Source of the DNA: Antedon mediterranea
Lineage: Eukaryota > Animalia > Echinodermata
Length of the DNA stretch: 64,000 nucleotides
Direction: 5' to 3'
Assembly: GCF_964355755.1 (NCBI RefSeq)
Contig: NC_092672.1
Coordinates: forward strand, 30,696,437-30,760,436
The first letter of the stretch is position 1, and each line of letters begins with the position of its first letter. Below, piece after piece: positions 39,713-52,803 of the stretch. Below the pieces are notes generated by a model. It worked only from the letters and a program-made list of their open reading frames with translations. It ran no database searches and had not been told where the DNA came from. Position numbers and translations under genes: made by a program.

Positions 39713-39732
39713 GTTGAACATACTTTTTCCCA

Positions 39733-39965
39733 ATAATTACGTAGCCATAACATCAGCAGGGGTTCGAGGCTCACTCACACCATGGTTCTGGTGGTAGAAC
39801 GACTCTTCTCGGATAAGGCCTATAAACCGTAGGTCTAGTGTACACATCTAGCGCGTGTGCACTTTAAAGAACCTAGTGCATCTTTCACCAACTGGGCCCT
39901 CTGGGAGACCAGTCTTTGACTGAAGAAGTTACCCAGTATAAATATATATTTCAATCAATCAATCT
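39733..39965 (+). mobile_element. 5'-truncated, internally deleted tRNA-SINE copy
   Basis: Matches 31975-32235 with a deletion before CACCAACTGGG. Ends in a (CAAT)n tail. Confidence 0.85.
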
Positions 39966-40037
39966 GTTTGATATAAAACAAAAAGATTGGTTTAGTAAAT
40001 GTTACAGAAAAATGAGTCAAATTATGTGTATCCATTC

Positions 40038-40170
40038 TGTGATGGGTTTGTCACACGGAAGTCAGCCCTCTAGAGTAAAAGAGGGGAGATGAATAAAGAT
40101 GGACGACAACTACAACGTGTTTTGTTATGTTCTTATTGTTGGTTTCAGCCTAACAAGCGAGCCCGTAACA
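40038..40170 (+). repeat. 5' LTR
   Basis: TGTGATGGG...CCCGTAACA, with 4 mismatches to the 3' LTR. Contains AATAAA. Confidence 0.95.
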
Positions 40171-40173
40171 AAT

Positions 40174-40190
40174 TGGGGGGTCATCCGGGA
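40174..40190 (+). other. Primer binding site, tRNA-Pro type
   Basis: TGGGGGGTCATCCGGGA is close to the canonical tRNA-Pro PBS TGGGGGCTCGTCCGGGA and lies 3 nt after the LTR. Confidence 0.85.
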
Positions 40191-40522
40191 ACAAAGTTCG
40201 GAATTGTAGTTGTAGATCGAACTGATGGTAATTTTAGTTACTTATTCTAAGCTGGTTTTAGGTTTAGAGGCGTTTTATAACGAACGAGGTTTGGCGGTCG
40301 TCGAGCCAGTACACTGTGTTGTTGTTTTAGGCTTGTGTAGGCTTGCCTGTGATAGTAGAAGTCGGTTTGGCTTTGATTTTAGGGGTCTAGTTATTGAGAC
40401 CACGGCGCACAGTAGGTTTAATACTGAGTGGGCTTGGCAGGTATTTCATTACTGGTGCCTTAATTATCGTCATATTGGTTATTTTAACCTGTGTTTTTGT
40501 TTGTTTGTTTCAAATAGAAACT

Positions 40523-43500
40523 ATGTCAGAAAGTGATTTTGACGAGGAATTTTTGGATAGCACGTCCATTGAGGTGGTAGCTCAGCTATCAGAGGAGCGT
40601 TTGCGACTCCTAGGTATTAGTTTTGGAGCATCTATAACTGATTCCATGAATAAATATGACTTGATAAATGTGATTGGAAATCATGTTGGTTTAATTACTC
40701 ATGAATCCGTAAAAACTGCGGGGAATGAGGTCGAGTTGGCTAGAATTGAGTTGGAACGTGAAAAATTGATTTTTTAAAGAAGAAAAATAGAGATGCAAAC
40801 TCAAAGAGAAATGGAAAAAGAAAAACATGAATTTGAGTTAAGGAAATTAGAATTAGCTAACCAAATGGGTCACACCACATGGGTTTCTACACCTAATGAT
40901 TCAGAGATTACTCAGAATATTAAATGGGTTCCCAAGTTTAATGAGGACGAGGTAGAGACATATTTTTTAGCTTTTGAGAAAATTGCTAATAGATTAAAGT
41001 GGCCTGCTAGACACTGGACTGTGTTGTTACAAACTGCTCTTGTGGGTAAAGCCCAATAGGTATTTTCAGCATTGGCTGATGATCAATGTGAAAGCTATGA
41101 TGCAGTTAAAACTGCTGTTTTGTCAGCTTATGAGTTAGTTCCAGAGGCGTATCGTCAGAAATTTAGGAACTTAGGTAAACCTTATGATCAAACGTTTACA
41201 AAATTTGCACGTAAGAAGCAGATTCTTTTTGATAGATGGTGTAGTTCGGAAGGAGTAAAGGGTGAATTTGGAAAGCTTCGTGAGCTTATGTTAGTTGAGG
41301 AGTTTAAATCTTGTTCCCCTACTGAAGTTCGTACACATCTAGAGGAGCAGAAAGTTGATAATTTAATGAAAGCGGCTTCTGTTGCCGATAATTATGTGCT
41401 CACGCACAAGGTGGTGGATACCAAATCGGTTTCCAAATCTGTTGATGATTCTAAGGTCCAAAGTCAGAAAACTACAGTTAATAGTAGTAGTAAATTTGTC
41501 AGAACTTGTTTTTACGTCAAGAAAAAGGGTCATATAAAGGCAGATTGCTGACTGTTTCAAAGCAAATCTAAAGGGAATAATAAGAAACCCCAATCACTTC
41601 CAAACACGTTAGTAAATACAGTCTCGTTGAAAGTGACAGCGAGTCATGACGTTGATGAATGTGAGAAGTTGATCCAATCTTCAGGTCCTGAAAAAGTGCG
41701 AAAGCTATTTAAGCCTTTCCTCTCTACTGGTTCTGTAGCATTGATCAACGATGTGAATCTGAGTAAAGTTCGTGTCTTAAGAGACACAGGGGCGTCACAA
41801 TCCCTGATAATAGAATCGGCATTGTCATTTTCAAACGAGTCTTCTGCTGGAGCAAGTGTGCTCATTCAAGGTGTTGAAGGGGGTTATAAGGAAGTCCCAC
41901 TTCATGTAATTCGGATTGAAACAGATATTGTTAGCGGAGATTTTGTTGTCGGTGTCGTTCCGAGTCTTCCAGTATGGGGTGTCACACTCCTTTAGGAGAA
42001 TGATTTGGCCGGAGACAGAGTGACAGTAGAACCGGTTGTGTGCAAAAGTCCTGTTGAAGACGAAAGCACAGTGTGTTTAGAGAAAGAATTATCACATGTG
42101 TTTCCATCATGTGCGGTGACGCGATCTATGGCAAATAAAACCATAGATGAGGATGAGAGTATTGACTTATGTGATAGTTTTTACGGAGAAATTACAGATC
42201 GCGTTTCCCAAGAGGCTGTCTGCTCAGGTCCCGAGTCACACACTGCCCAGGCTGAACAACAGCACCCAAAAGTGTGTGATTTCGGTCCGACAGTTCTCAA
42301 TCGGTCCAGGTTAGTGGAAGAGCAGAGTAAAGATCCTGATTTGGTGTCATTTGGTCAGCAAGCTCTTTCTGTAGAGGAAATGTCTATTGTTCCTATTTGT
42401 TATTATATAAAGGATGGCATACTTATGCGTAAGTGGAGGCCACCAGATATTCCAAGTAGTGATGTTTGGAATGAGATTCACCAGATAGTTATTCCTAGTG
42501 GATACTGTCAGGATATTATTGGTATTGCGCATGGTGATCCTCTTTCAGGTCATTTAGGTGTCAATAAAACGGTAGACAAAATTCTCAGGCACTTCTTTTG
42601 GCCAGGTCTTAGAAAAGATGTGTCTAACTATTGTAAATCCTGTCATGCGTGTCAGGTAGTGGGGAAGCCTAATCAAAAGGTTCCAGTAGCCCCACTTAAG
42701 CCTATTCCTGCATTCGGTGAACCATTTTCAAGGGTTATTGTTGATTGTGTGGGTCCATTACCACGTACTAAAAATGGAAATGAGAATCTATTAACAATAA
42801 TGTGTGCATCAAGTAGGTTTCCAGAAGCGATTCCTCTTAGGCGTATTACAGCTAAGAATGTTGTTAAAGCATTGGTAAAATTCTTTACATGGGTAGGATT
42901 GCCTAAAGCTGTTCAGTCCGATCAAGGATCAAACTTCATGTCAAAGATATTTAAACAAGTCTTAGAGCAGTTAGGTGTTGCCCATATAAGTTCAAGTGCT
43001 TACCATCCACAGTCTCAAGGGGCACTTGAGAGATTTCATCAAACATTTAAGAATATGAATAAAACCTATTGTTTTCAATGTGAAAAGGAATGGGATGAGG
43101 GAGTTCCCTTATTGTTATTCGCTGTTCGTGAAACAGTGCAAGAGTCCTTAGGGTTTAGCCCATTTGAGTTGGTGTATGGTCATTCGGTCCGAGGCCCTCT
43201 TAAAATAGTCAAAGAAAGGCTGTTAGGGAATGCAGAAGAGTCTGTATCGATACTAGATTATGTGTCTGAATTTTGTGATTGATTAAATCGTGCTCGTGAG
43301 ATGGCTAGAAAGAATCTTGTGAAGGCTCAGGGTAAAATGAAGAGATTGTTTGATCGGAAATCAGAAAAGAGAAGCTTTAGTTCAGGTGATGAAGTGTTAG
43401 TTATGTTGCCTCTTCCCAGTCAACCATTATCTGCAAGATTTGCTGGTCCTTACAAAGTATTAGAAAGAGTAGGAGAAGTTGACTATGTGTTAGATACTCC

Positions 43501-45073
43501 AGATAGGCGTAAGAAGAAGCGACTGTGTCATATAAACATGTTGAAACCATACACAGCGAGAAATAATAGAATTACCTGTACGTCAACACCAGTTACGTGT
43601 GTTGTTGAAGAGAATTCTGAAGAGTTTGGGGATCCTGATACATGTGTTAAGTTCAGTAATTCAGATGTCCTTGCAAACATTGAAGAGAAAGTTGGTCATT
43701 TATCTCGTGATCGTAAGGTTGAAATTGTTAGTTTGATATTTGGAAATCTGCAGTTGTTTTCGGATGTTCCAGGTCGAACGAACTTAGTGGAGCATGACGT
43801 TAAGACAGCTGATTGTTCACCAATAAAACAAAATCCATATAGAGCAAATCCGTTCAAAATGAAGATATTACAAAATGAGATTGATTACATGATTAAGAAT
43901 GATATAATCGAGCCTAGTTGCAGTGCTTGGAGTTCTCCATGTATATTAGTTCCGAAGCCAGATAAATCGTATCGTTTTTGTACTGATTATCGGAAGGTTA
44001 ATGCCAAATCTACTACAGATTCATATCCCATACCGAGGATAGATGACTGTATTGATCGTGTGGGTAGTGCTAAGTTTGTCAGTAAATTTGATCTTCTAAA
44101 GGGTTACTGGCAAATTCCTTTAACAGAGCGTGCGAAAGAAGTGTCAGCTTTTGTAACTCCTATGGGTCTTTATCAGTATAAAGTCATGCCTTTCGGTTTA
44201 AAGAATGCACCAGCCACGTTCCAGAGATTGGTTAATGGTATAATTTCAGGGTTGGAGGGCTGTGAAGCTTATATAGACGATTTGGTTGTTTATAGTGATA
44301 CATGGGATGTCCATGTGCAGAGAATTAAGGGATTGTTTGACAGGTTGACATATGCAAAGTTGACAGTAAATTTGGTGAAAAGCGAGTTTTCCTGTGCAGA
44401 AATTGTGTTCTTAGGTCATAAAGTTGGTTGCGGAAAAGTGAAACCATTAAGTGCTAAGATTAAGGCAGTCTCTGATTTCCCAGTTCCAAAGAGTAAGCAG
44501 GAGTTAATGCGGTTCCTGGGAATGGCTGGGTTTTATCGACGTTTTTACAGAAGTTTCTCAACACTTGTAGCTCCATTAACGAATCTGCTGAAAAAGAATG
44601 CGAGTTTTGTGTGGTTGGAGGAATGCAATAATGCGTTCATTAAAGTTAAAGCGATGTTATCAAACGAACCGGTGTTGATGGCTCCACAATTTGATAAACA
44701 GTTCTCGTTAATGATTGATGCCAGTGATGTTGGTTCTGGTGCTGTGTTGGCGCAAACAGACGAGAATGGTGTTGACAAGCCTGTGTATTTCTACTCGAGA
44801 AAATTCAACCAGCATGAGAAGCGTTATTCTACTGTTGAGAAGGAGACATTAGCTTTGATGTCAGCGTTAAAGCACTTTGAAGTGTATCTTGGATCTACTC
44901 CGTTTCCAATTGTAGTTTGGACTGACCACAACCCATTAACGTTCTTGGCAAGAATGAAGGACATGAATCAACGCCTGTTGAGATGGAGTTTAGCAGTTCA
45001 AGAAATGAATCTGGAAATTCATCATATCAGAGGAAAAGACAATGTTGTAGCTGACGCTTTGTCAAGAGTTTAG
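40523..45073 (+). pseudogene. Single-frame gag-pol polyprotein with five in-frame stops
   Basis: All six ORF pieces share one frame. Motifs: SCAN-like capsid (YELVPEAYRQKFR), damaged zinc knuckle (CFYVKKKGHIKADC), protease LRDTGAS, integrase HHCC and DDE (VDCVGP, SDQGSNF, ERFHQT), RT YIDD, and RNase H DAS...ADALSR. Confidence 0.95.
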
Positions 45074-45342
45074 ATAAAACATGCATGAAATGATTTTAAA
45101 AGTTTTTGTTAATTTTTAAAGTGTTTAGTTAATAATAATATGTTAGTTGTGATAGAGTGATGCATTAATGGCATACACGGATTTAAAGTAAAGTCATTAG
45201 AACTTGTGACATTTTAAAGAAGCAGTTGATGTAACTTCATATCAACGACCTGTTAAAATAACTACTGTGTAAGAAAAGATTTAAGATGTTATAGTAAACA
45301 GTTATAAGTTTAATCATATCAAACTTTCTTTAAGTGGGGGTG

Positions 45343-45475
45343 TGTGATGAGTTTGTCACACGGAAGTGAGCCCTCTAGAGTAAAAGAGGGGAGATGAATA
45401 AAGATGGACGACAACTACAACGTGTTTTGTTATGTTCTTATTATTGGTTTCAGCCTAACGAGCGAGCCCGTAACA
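45343..45475 (+). repeat. 3' LTR, preceded by purine-rich PPT AAGTGGGGG
   Basis: Direct repeat of 40038-40170 followed by the TSD ATTC. Confidence 0.95.
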
Positions 45476-45607
45476 ATTCCTTAATAATGGGCTCAAGCAT
45501 TCCCGTCCCCCTTTGAGCTGGTTGTTGACTTGAAAAACAATATAGCACCGGATTCTTTTATTTATACTTTTGTTGTTTTAAAACACTTTAACAACATTCA
45601 TAATAAC

Positions 45608-45659
45608 CTGTATCTTCTCCTCTTCTTTCTGTTTCGGTAGTGTATTGATTTTAATACCG
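45608..45659 (-). pseudogene. Candidate 52-nt micro-exon
   Basis: tttctag|CGGTATT...GATACAG|gttatt. Purine-rich, and the length is not a multiple of 3. Confidence 0.35.
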
Positions 45660-46047
45660 CTAGAAAATTAAAAACACATTATCAATCAATCAATAAACAT
45701 TTATTAATTTCTATGGAAACATTCTATTTATAGAGAAACTAGCAACTTAGAAGAAAAGAATTGTCACATATACACACAAGACCAATAGCGAGAAGTTATA
45801 TCTATAGCCACTTGTACCATCACCAACTCTCCAAAGGCCATTACTCTCATTAGTGGTATTCTCAATTGTCACAGCTATTGACTAACAAAAAAACAGATCA
45901 GCAACGTACTTTTCATTTCTTTTTGGCTCATTATAATCGGTTTATCTATTTCGGCTGAGAATGGTAAATGTGTGTAAATATTACCAAAAAGTTATTTACT
46001 CCACCCCACCTCATAGTGCACTATGACATTAATATAGTTTTACATAC

Positions 46048-46104
46048 CTGGATAAATGCTGGAAAAATGCGGTAACGTTGTTTTTGGTGTTTGATAGGGC
46101 GTTG
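46048..46104 (-). pseudogene. Candidate 57-nt phase-1 micro-exon (TPYQTPKTTLPHFSSIYP)
   Basis: ttttag|CAACG...TATCCAG|gtatgt, open in phase 1. Confidence 0.55.
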
Positions 46105-46429
46105 CTAAAAATACAATAAAAGTTGAATGCGAAAAATATACAGAGGAAAATAATAGAATAAATCAAAACATTTTCAAAAATACAATTACAAAAAATAAAC
46201 TTAAAGACAATCTTAAATAATAGTTATATTAATATAGTGCTTTTTCACTTTTTGTATTTGTTTTGTATTGTAAATAACTGACTATAATTAGGGCATAGGC
46301 CTACTAATAAAATGACTTTCAAATACTATGATTTTAATCGTCAATAGAAAAAAGTACACTGCTGGAAAATAAACTAAAATAAAGTTTGCGTAAATAATAA
46401 TGTAACAAAAGGTAGTTCATTGACTAAAC

Positions 46430-47022
46430 CTATCTGGCAATATGTGTATCCTATTTTCACAATACTAATAGATTCTTGCATGGACTGCAGCACCATGTAG
46501 TAGCATAACTATTAAAATACTCTGTGCCACATTGTTTAGAAGTTTTGCAAATTGTTCACACTTTTTTGCTGTATTCTAGTGTCCTTGTTTCTCAATATGA
46601 TACACGGCATCCCAAATATTGTCAAAGCTGTATTTACTCAGTTGGTAGAAACCAATAACAGTTTTTATGTCGTCTTCTCCAACATTTTTGAGCGATTTAA
46701 ACAGTGCTTTGCGATATGCTGTTCTAGTCCCTCCTGCTTTTCTGATTAAGACAGTAGGCCTATTCATGTATTATGCAATACATAGCTGAAACCTGTTTCG
46801 TTACATCAGCAATGTCTACCAACAGGCTCATATTATTTTTTGAAATAAATCCATGGCTAGTAAGTTTATTTAGTAGGTTAAATGCTGATTTTTCCTCTTT
46901 AGCATCTATATCTCCAATTGGTAGAATACCATAGAAGCATTCTTAACCAGCGGACCCAACTACCAGCATAGTGTCCCATCAAAGTTTCTCAACAAAGTTT
47001 GAAATTCGATATTGATATCCAT
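46430..47022 (-). pseudogene. First coding exon with tandem DED-like domains, disrupted
   Basis: Acceptor at 47029 and ATG at 47022. Reads MDINIEFQTLLRN-(fs)-MGHYAGSWVRWLRMLL-(fs)-LPIGDIDAKEEKSAFNLLNKLTSHGFISKNNMSLLVDIADVT. The second repeat reads TAYRKALFKSLKNVGEDDIKTVIGFY...IWDAVYHIEKQGH*. Confidence 0.7.
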
Positions 47023-48249
47023 TTTAATTCTGTAACCAAATATTTATTGATAAATGTAAACATCATCGTCATTCTAACTGGAAAGTCTAAATAATTATTT
47101 TTTGAATTTTTTTTAAATATTATTTCTTATCGAATTCTGAAGTACAGCTTTTATTGACTTTAGCATTGTGTACAGAATTAGATGTACAGTACAGAACAAC
47201 ATAATAGTTTTAGTTCGGCTGTATTTCATTTATTTTAACACACACTTCATGATACTACCGTATTTAGCCTAATACAGTATTAGTCAAATAAAAACGTGTA
47301 AAATAAGGCATACTCACGATATGCATTTATTTAATTCTCTCTGGTAAAAACATCAAAACTGCTTTTGTCAAGATGGTGAATTCTAGAAAACCTGTATCTC
47401 TAACTAACTGATACACCGCGTTAAGCTCAGTAGCATCAGCGTTATCAGTCAACAACAATAAATGTAATGATCCATACAATATGAACAACTGAGTAATAAG
47501 CTAAATTTAGTTTTTGTATTTTCTATTTATTCCTTTTAAAATTTCCAGTAGAACTATTTTTGGTAACTTCATTCTTTGCTTTAAAAGATCTGAATCAAGT
47601 GGTGTTAAAATGTTCGACAATTAGTTTGAATTATATACCAATTCGTTCCATATATAATAGATTTGTATTATGTTATCTAAGTTTATTTGAGTTTTCAATT
47701 GTCATAAAGTTGAACTTATTTAATGTGGTTGTTTGTAAGTTATAAAGGTTGTAGTGCTAGTAGTGGACGTGATATGTAGACTTAATTCAAGTGAAATGTA
47801 AAACGATAATCTTAGTAATGCCTTATATAAGTCAAAAAGGCTCCCCGGGTGGAATGTCAACCTGAGCTGAGAGCGCGTCGTCTTGTAATCAGTCAGTACA
47901 ATTAATTTGTGTAGTAGTTTCTATGAACCAGAAATTCCGAAATAAAAGATTAAATGAAGGAATGAACGAAAGAACGAGTGAACATTAGTTTAGTCAATAT
48001 ATTTTGTTGTCTATTGTTTAATCAGTTACTTCACTTCACAAGTTTATAATGAGGAAGTTTAATTATGCGTTACGAGGCCTAGCCTTGGGTTCCCACCAGT
48101 TCCCATTTCATCATTCACTCTCTTACAATCCCTTATTTTCCTGTACTGGTATATGGCGGATATATTATTGTAAGTCCGTTGGAAATTTATAGCCTCTCTT
48201 TTTACGAAGTCCTATTCAACAACCGTCATGTTGGTACTCGCCGTGACTA

Positions 48250-49560
48250 ACTAGTTTTGAAACTGGTGAAACTGATGTGGAAAGGGCTACGGAGGAACAG
48301 GAACCCCGTAGAAGGTATCTGGTGCAAGGCCCACCGGCGTGTGGATATGCTCTGGTCGTATACTAATTCCTATCCCACATATGAGTAAGTAGGCCCACCT
48401 ATGGGTAAATAGGTCCACCTATGAGTTAATAGTACATGTCAGCTCAGCGACAGGGGTTGATAGCTGTAACTTAGGCAGGAAGTTACTTTTTTATTCTCTG
48501 GCTTGTAGGTCTACAGCAAATCGACAGGCGGATGATCTCATTTAGACAACGGCTGGCGGTTATAAAATTGTTTTACTGCGGGGCAACTTCTATCTATCCC
48601 AACTGTCACGTTTATACGAAACATGGCTTACGGAAAACGGCTCTATTCGGGAAGCAAACTATACCTTCTACTGGTGTGGTTATTCTGATAGCATGAGACC
48701 TAAGCACGGAGTTGGTTTTGCTTTTTATAACAAGCGACTTTCTTGCATTTAGCAACCCATTGCAATATCACCCCGTCTCATGAATATGCGTATGTGTCTG
48801 AAAACGGTTACATCACCATAATATCTGCTTATGCTCCAACAATAATAGACAATTCTTAATCAAAAGATGTTTTCTATCAAACTCTTCGTGAAACCATTCT
48901 CAAAACTCTATCTGGTGACAACTTAGCACTTCAACGCTAGAATTGGCTATGATTATAACTATTGGTATAATGTGATTGTACATCATAATATGGTTGGTAG
49001 AGTAAATGAGAACGTGCAACGTATTCTTGAATTATGTGCTGACCTCAGTCTCTGTGTTTCCAACACAATGAAGGTACATTTTGTACCAAAACAACTTGGA
49101 TGCATCTTCGTTCTCGCCGCTGGCATCAACTCGACCATATTATTGTGAGACGTCGTCAGCTATGTGAGGTAATCCATTGCCGTAGCTTAACGTCTGCTGA
49201 CTGCAACTTTGACCATGCTCTTCCTTGTGAGATGAAAACTTATAATTTCACCAAAGAGATATCACATTCCCAAATCAAACATATTCCTACAATTTGTGTT
49301 GCTTCTATAAAAATACAACTAAACATCGACAAGTTTCAAAACCTTTTAATGGTCACTTTGTAAAAACTAGGCCTAGTAGTCCATATAAACTTGGCCCCGG
49401 CTTCGTTTATCACCAGCTAGTTCTCGTAGTGCTTTTGGACAGTTTTCACGTAGGAATCCATATTGGTTCATTGAAAATGCTGAAACATTTTACCAGCTCT
49501 TCATGTGAAACGCAGAGAAAGAGATAAGATACGACCGAAAAACATTCGTTCTGCAAAAGC
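48250..49560 (+). mobile_element. Heavily degraded RTE-clade LINE 5' fragment
   Basis: APE motifs ETWLTENGSIREANYTFYWCG, HGVGFA, ISAYAPT, FNARIG and TWMHLRSRRWHQLDHIIVRRR, with many stops and frameshifts. Confidence 0.82.
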
Positions 49561-52089
49561 TGATTACAAACTCTCCATTTTGTAATACTGCTGATACATT
49601 ACATTTTCATTGATCAAAGTTTTGTTATATTAATTTATTTTGTCAAAATCAATTAAAATTCAACACGCTTTAGAAAAGTATTTAGATTGTACATCCTTAC
49701 ATACTGTAGCATTATTTAGGAACATCAATCAATGTTTACATGAAGCAAGTAACATTTTAAACTAGGGAAGAAAAGCTAAGCAACGTGAAAGTTCATTTCA
49801 ATTATTTTTATTCATGTCTAATCAGGTTGGTACTTTTTTCCATTTTCTCCACTTTGTGCCCCGAAATCAATCTTATTCATGCAATATCAGATTTAATATA
49901 CACAGTGCAAGGCACTACAGTTACTATAAGAACACTCTACACAATACTAATACTACGGATAAATCATTTTATCAATTTCTTCTATTAAACAAGATTTGAT
50001 ACACCTACACATAACTATAATGTAAATTATATCTGACTCAAAATGATACAGTAATTGGAAAAAATACTAAACTAAAATCTTTTAATTATAATCGTTAAAT
50101 TACTTCCTATCAAAACTTGTCTAACATACAGTATTATAGATTGTTGATTCTCTGGCTGCTACAAATCAGTTTTGATGCCAGCGAACATGCATCATTTGAC
50201 TATACCCAATACGGTAATAGACAATAGAGTAAACAACAATGGTGGAAGATCAGGTCAATTTAATTACAGTATAAAAAAATAGCCCTGCTTTATCTATAGT
50301 CTTAGCATATTACATAGTAGACCTACAATAGACATAAAACTATTGATGGAAAAAAGAAAAAACGGGATAAAATAAACTAACTCTATTTTCTATTAAAACT
50401 ATTTACAAGCGAAAATACTATAAATTATTAATCAATGGTTGATTGAATATCTTTGTTTACATTTTCGAGTACTATACAAATAGGTTTGCAATTGCATATA
50501 AATAACCTGTCAACAAAGAAACTACACAGTATCGCATAAAATATGTAAATATGTATGTATAAAAATCTACACAGGATATAAAATGTAATGACATCTTATA
50601 AAATAGTTTATACATCAATACAAAAACAAATCATTATAAACATCAAGTAAAACACGCAGTTGCAAGTCAGCATGGAAGATTATTATGAACTTATTGATTT
50701 GATGTAGAATGAAATTAAACTGTTAGCAAATCTAGTTGTTTTAATAACTAATTCCTACCATGACAGCCAAGTGGGTGGAATATGATCAGAGGTCTGTTTA
50801 ATTTTGGAAAGACCCTCAGAGAACTTCCGACAATGCTCTACCCTATTGTGAGCCAACGTTTTAAGTTTTGAAAAATCAATGTGAAAGAAAAGTAACAATT
50901 ACCTAATAAATGTCGGCATCGGCCCGCTTTTGCACACTTTTAATATTAGGAAATCTTCTCTTTAATATTATCACTGGTCAAGACAAGATGTCACACTAAT
51001 CCACAAATTGTCGATCTAAGCTCTTCAAAGCCAAATTGCTTAATGATTGTAAAAGAAAAAGCTTCCTAGTACCTTCAGTAATGATAGTACAGTATCATGA
51101 TAATCCTATTTGAGGTTGTCTTGAAATTAGAAAAACAGGATCTGGTTTTAGAGTTTAATCAAGCATCATTGATCATGACCTGGCCTAATTTGGTTCTAAG
51201 TGGGACACCGGCCTTTTAAGTAAGAATAAGATAACCATTGTATTTAACACATTTCATATAAAAAAAATCACACAACCATTGAACTATTGATCTTCTGACA
51301 CCAATATCAATGATGTTTTTAACAAGGACAGTGTATGGTCATTGAGAACAATATAGTACCAACATTCTGCTTATTATCAGCTTCAGATATTGGGCAGGAG
51401 GCAGACCCTTAACATTTCCAAATTTGTTAAAATCAATTTTAGAACTAATATTCTGTAAAATCAAATCAGTAATAAACAGATAAGAATTTCAAAAAGTGGC
51501 TTACTAAACTCACATGAAAACATTTTTATAATGAACCGGATCTGGTCCGCAAGCCTTGTTTTGTTTAATTTTACTTAATTCCCTTGAATGAAATGTTGGT
51601 GCAAGTTTACCATAGGGTAATGATTTTTATTTAAGATCGGAATATGGGCACTAATGTTAGTAAACAAGTGATTGTTGTATATTAATGTAATATTTAGATT
51701 GAATTATTAGTCGCTAATTTCATGGTTAAAAACGTGTTTTGACACTTTTTCATATAAAGTAATGAGAGCTACGAAACAACCAAGGACTAGACCGACACCA
51801 CCAACTATTTTAACTGTCTTATCAAACTTAACTATCAAGAATACACTGACTATGATGATAATAATACCGAGTATTAATACTTTACACCAGTGATCTAAAA
51901 TTTAAAAAAAAATGTTTTCATAAACTCTGAGATTAAATGTTATAAAGAGCCACAACTAAAAAATACGGAACTTTCGCCAATGAGCTATGCTCGACGCGAT
52001 TATGAGATCATGTTCCGAATATGAGCACTGTTTCTATAATTTACAGTATGATTTATATATAATTTACACAGTGCTACGCAACATCATTG

Positions 52090-52091
<2 letters not shown>

Positions 52092-52152
<61 letters not shown>
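52092..52152. repeat. (TA)n microsatellite
   Basis: About 30 TA units. Confidence 0.97.
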
Positions 52153-52156
<4 letters not shown>

Positions 52157-52201
52157 CTACATATACATATATACTATGACGTTATCCAAATTCCTTCACT
52201 T

Positions 52202-52238
52202 GCACTGATGAAGGGCTAGTGTTGCCCGAAAGCTCTGC
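52202..52238 (+). ncRNA. Minimal type I hammerhead ribozyme motif (Penelope-like-element type)
   Basis: GCA-CTGATGA-A-GGGC-tagtgtt-GCCC-GAAA-GC-TC-TGC. The CUGANGA and GAAA core, stem II, a short stem I, a palindromic AGCU in place of stem III and a UC cleavage site are all present. Confidence 0.72.
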
Positions 52239-52803
52239 TATCTTTTCTGGCTGTTTACTTTATCGTTTTGATTTAGCTTTTCCCTTTTCATTTTTGCATC
52301 TCCATTGAGATCCAGCCACTGATACCCACAGCATTGTCATTTTTTTCAGTAATTTGCCTTTGGATTTATATATACATACACAAGAGATATAATTATATAC
52401 TCAGTAGACCATTGGAGTATTATTCAAACTCGATTGGATAGCAAACTCTTTTAACATTCTCGGCGTGGTATGGCTGAACAACACTAGTTCCTCAATTGTA
52501 CGCACGCGCACAAGAGATCATGTATATACATATATTGTATAATCCGGGTTGTAAAATGAAAACAAACAAATGAAAATGTGTGAACTATTTTAAAAAGGGA
52601 TAGATGATAATGATGATCCTGCCAAGTGTATAACAAAATATAAGAAAATTAATGAAAAAAGGAGTAATACAGAATTCATATATGTAAAAATGTTACTTAT
52701 GAACTGTAACGACATTTACAAGTTAAATAATACGATTTTATGCAATATGAGATAATATGAATGTGAATAAAAGTGGTGTTTGCGCCACAAAAGAGAAAAA
52801 AAA

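Larger units (their letters stand above)
40038..45475 (+). mobile_element. Full-length Gmr1-like Ty3/Gypsy LTR retrotransposon
   Basis: Two 133-bp TG...CA LTRs, a 4-bp TSD ATTC, PBS and PPT. Domain order is gag-PR-IN-RT-RNaseH. Confidence 0.96.

Noticed and set aside
40775-43282. Programmed stop-codon read-through in gag-pol
   Set aside because: There are five stops of all three types at scattered positions, several at conserved residues, plus a mutated zinc knuckle. This is ordinary decay.
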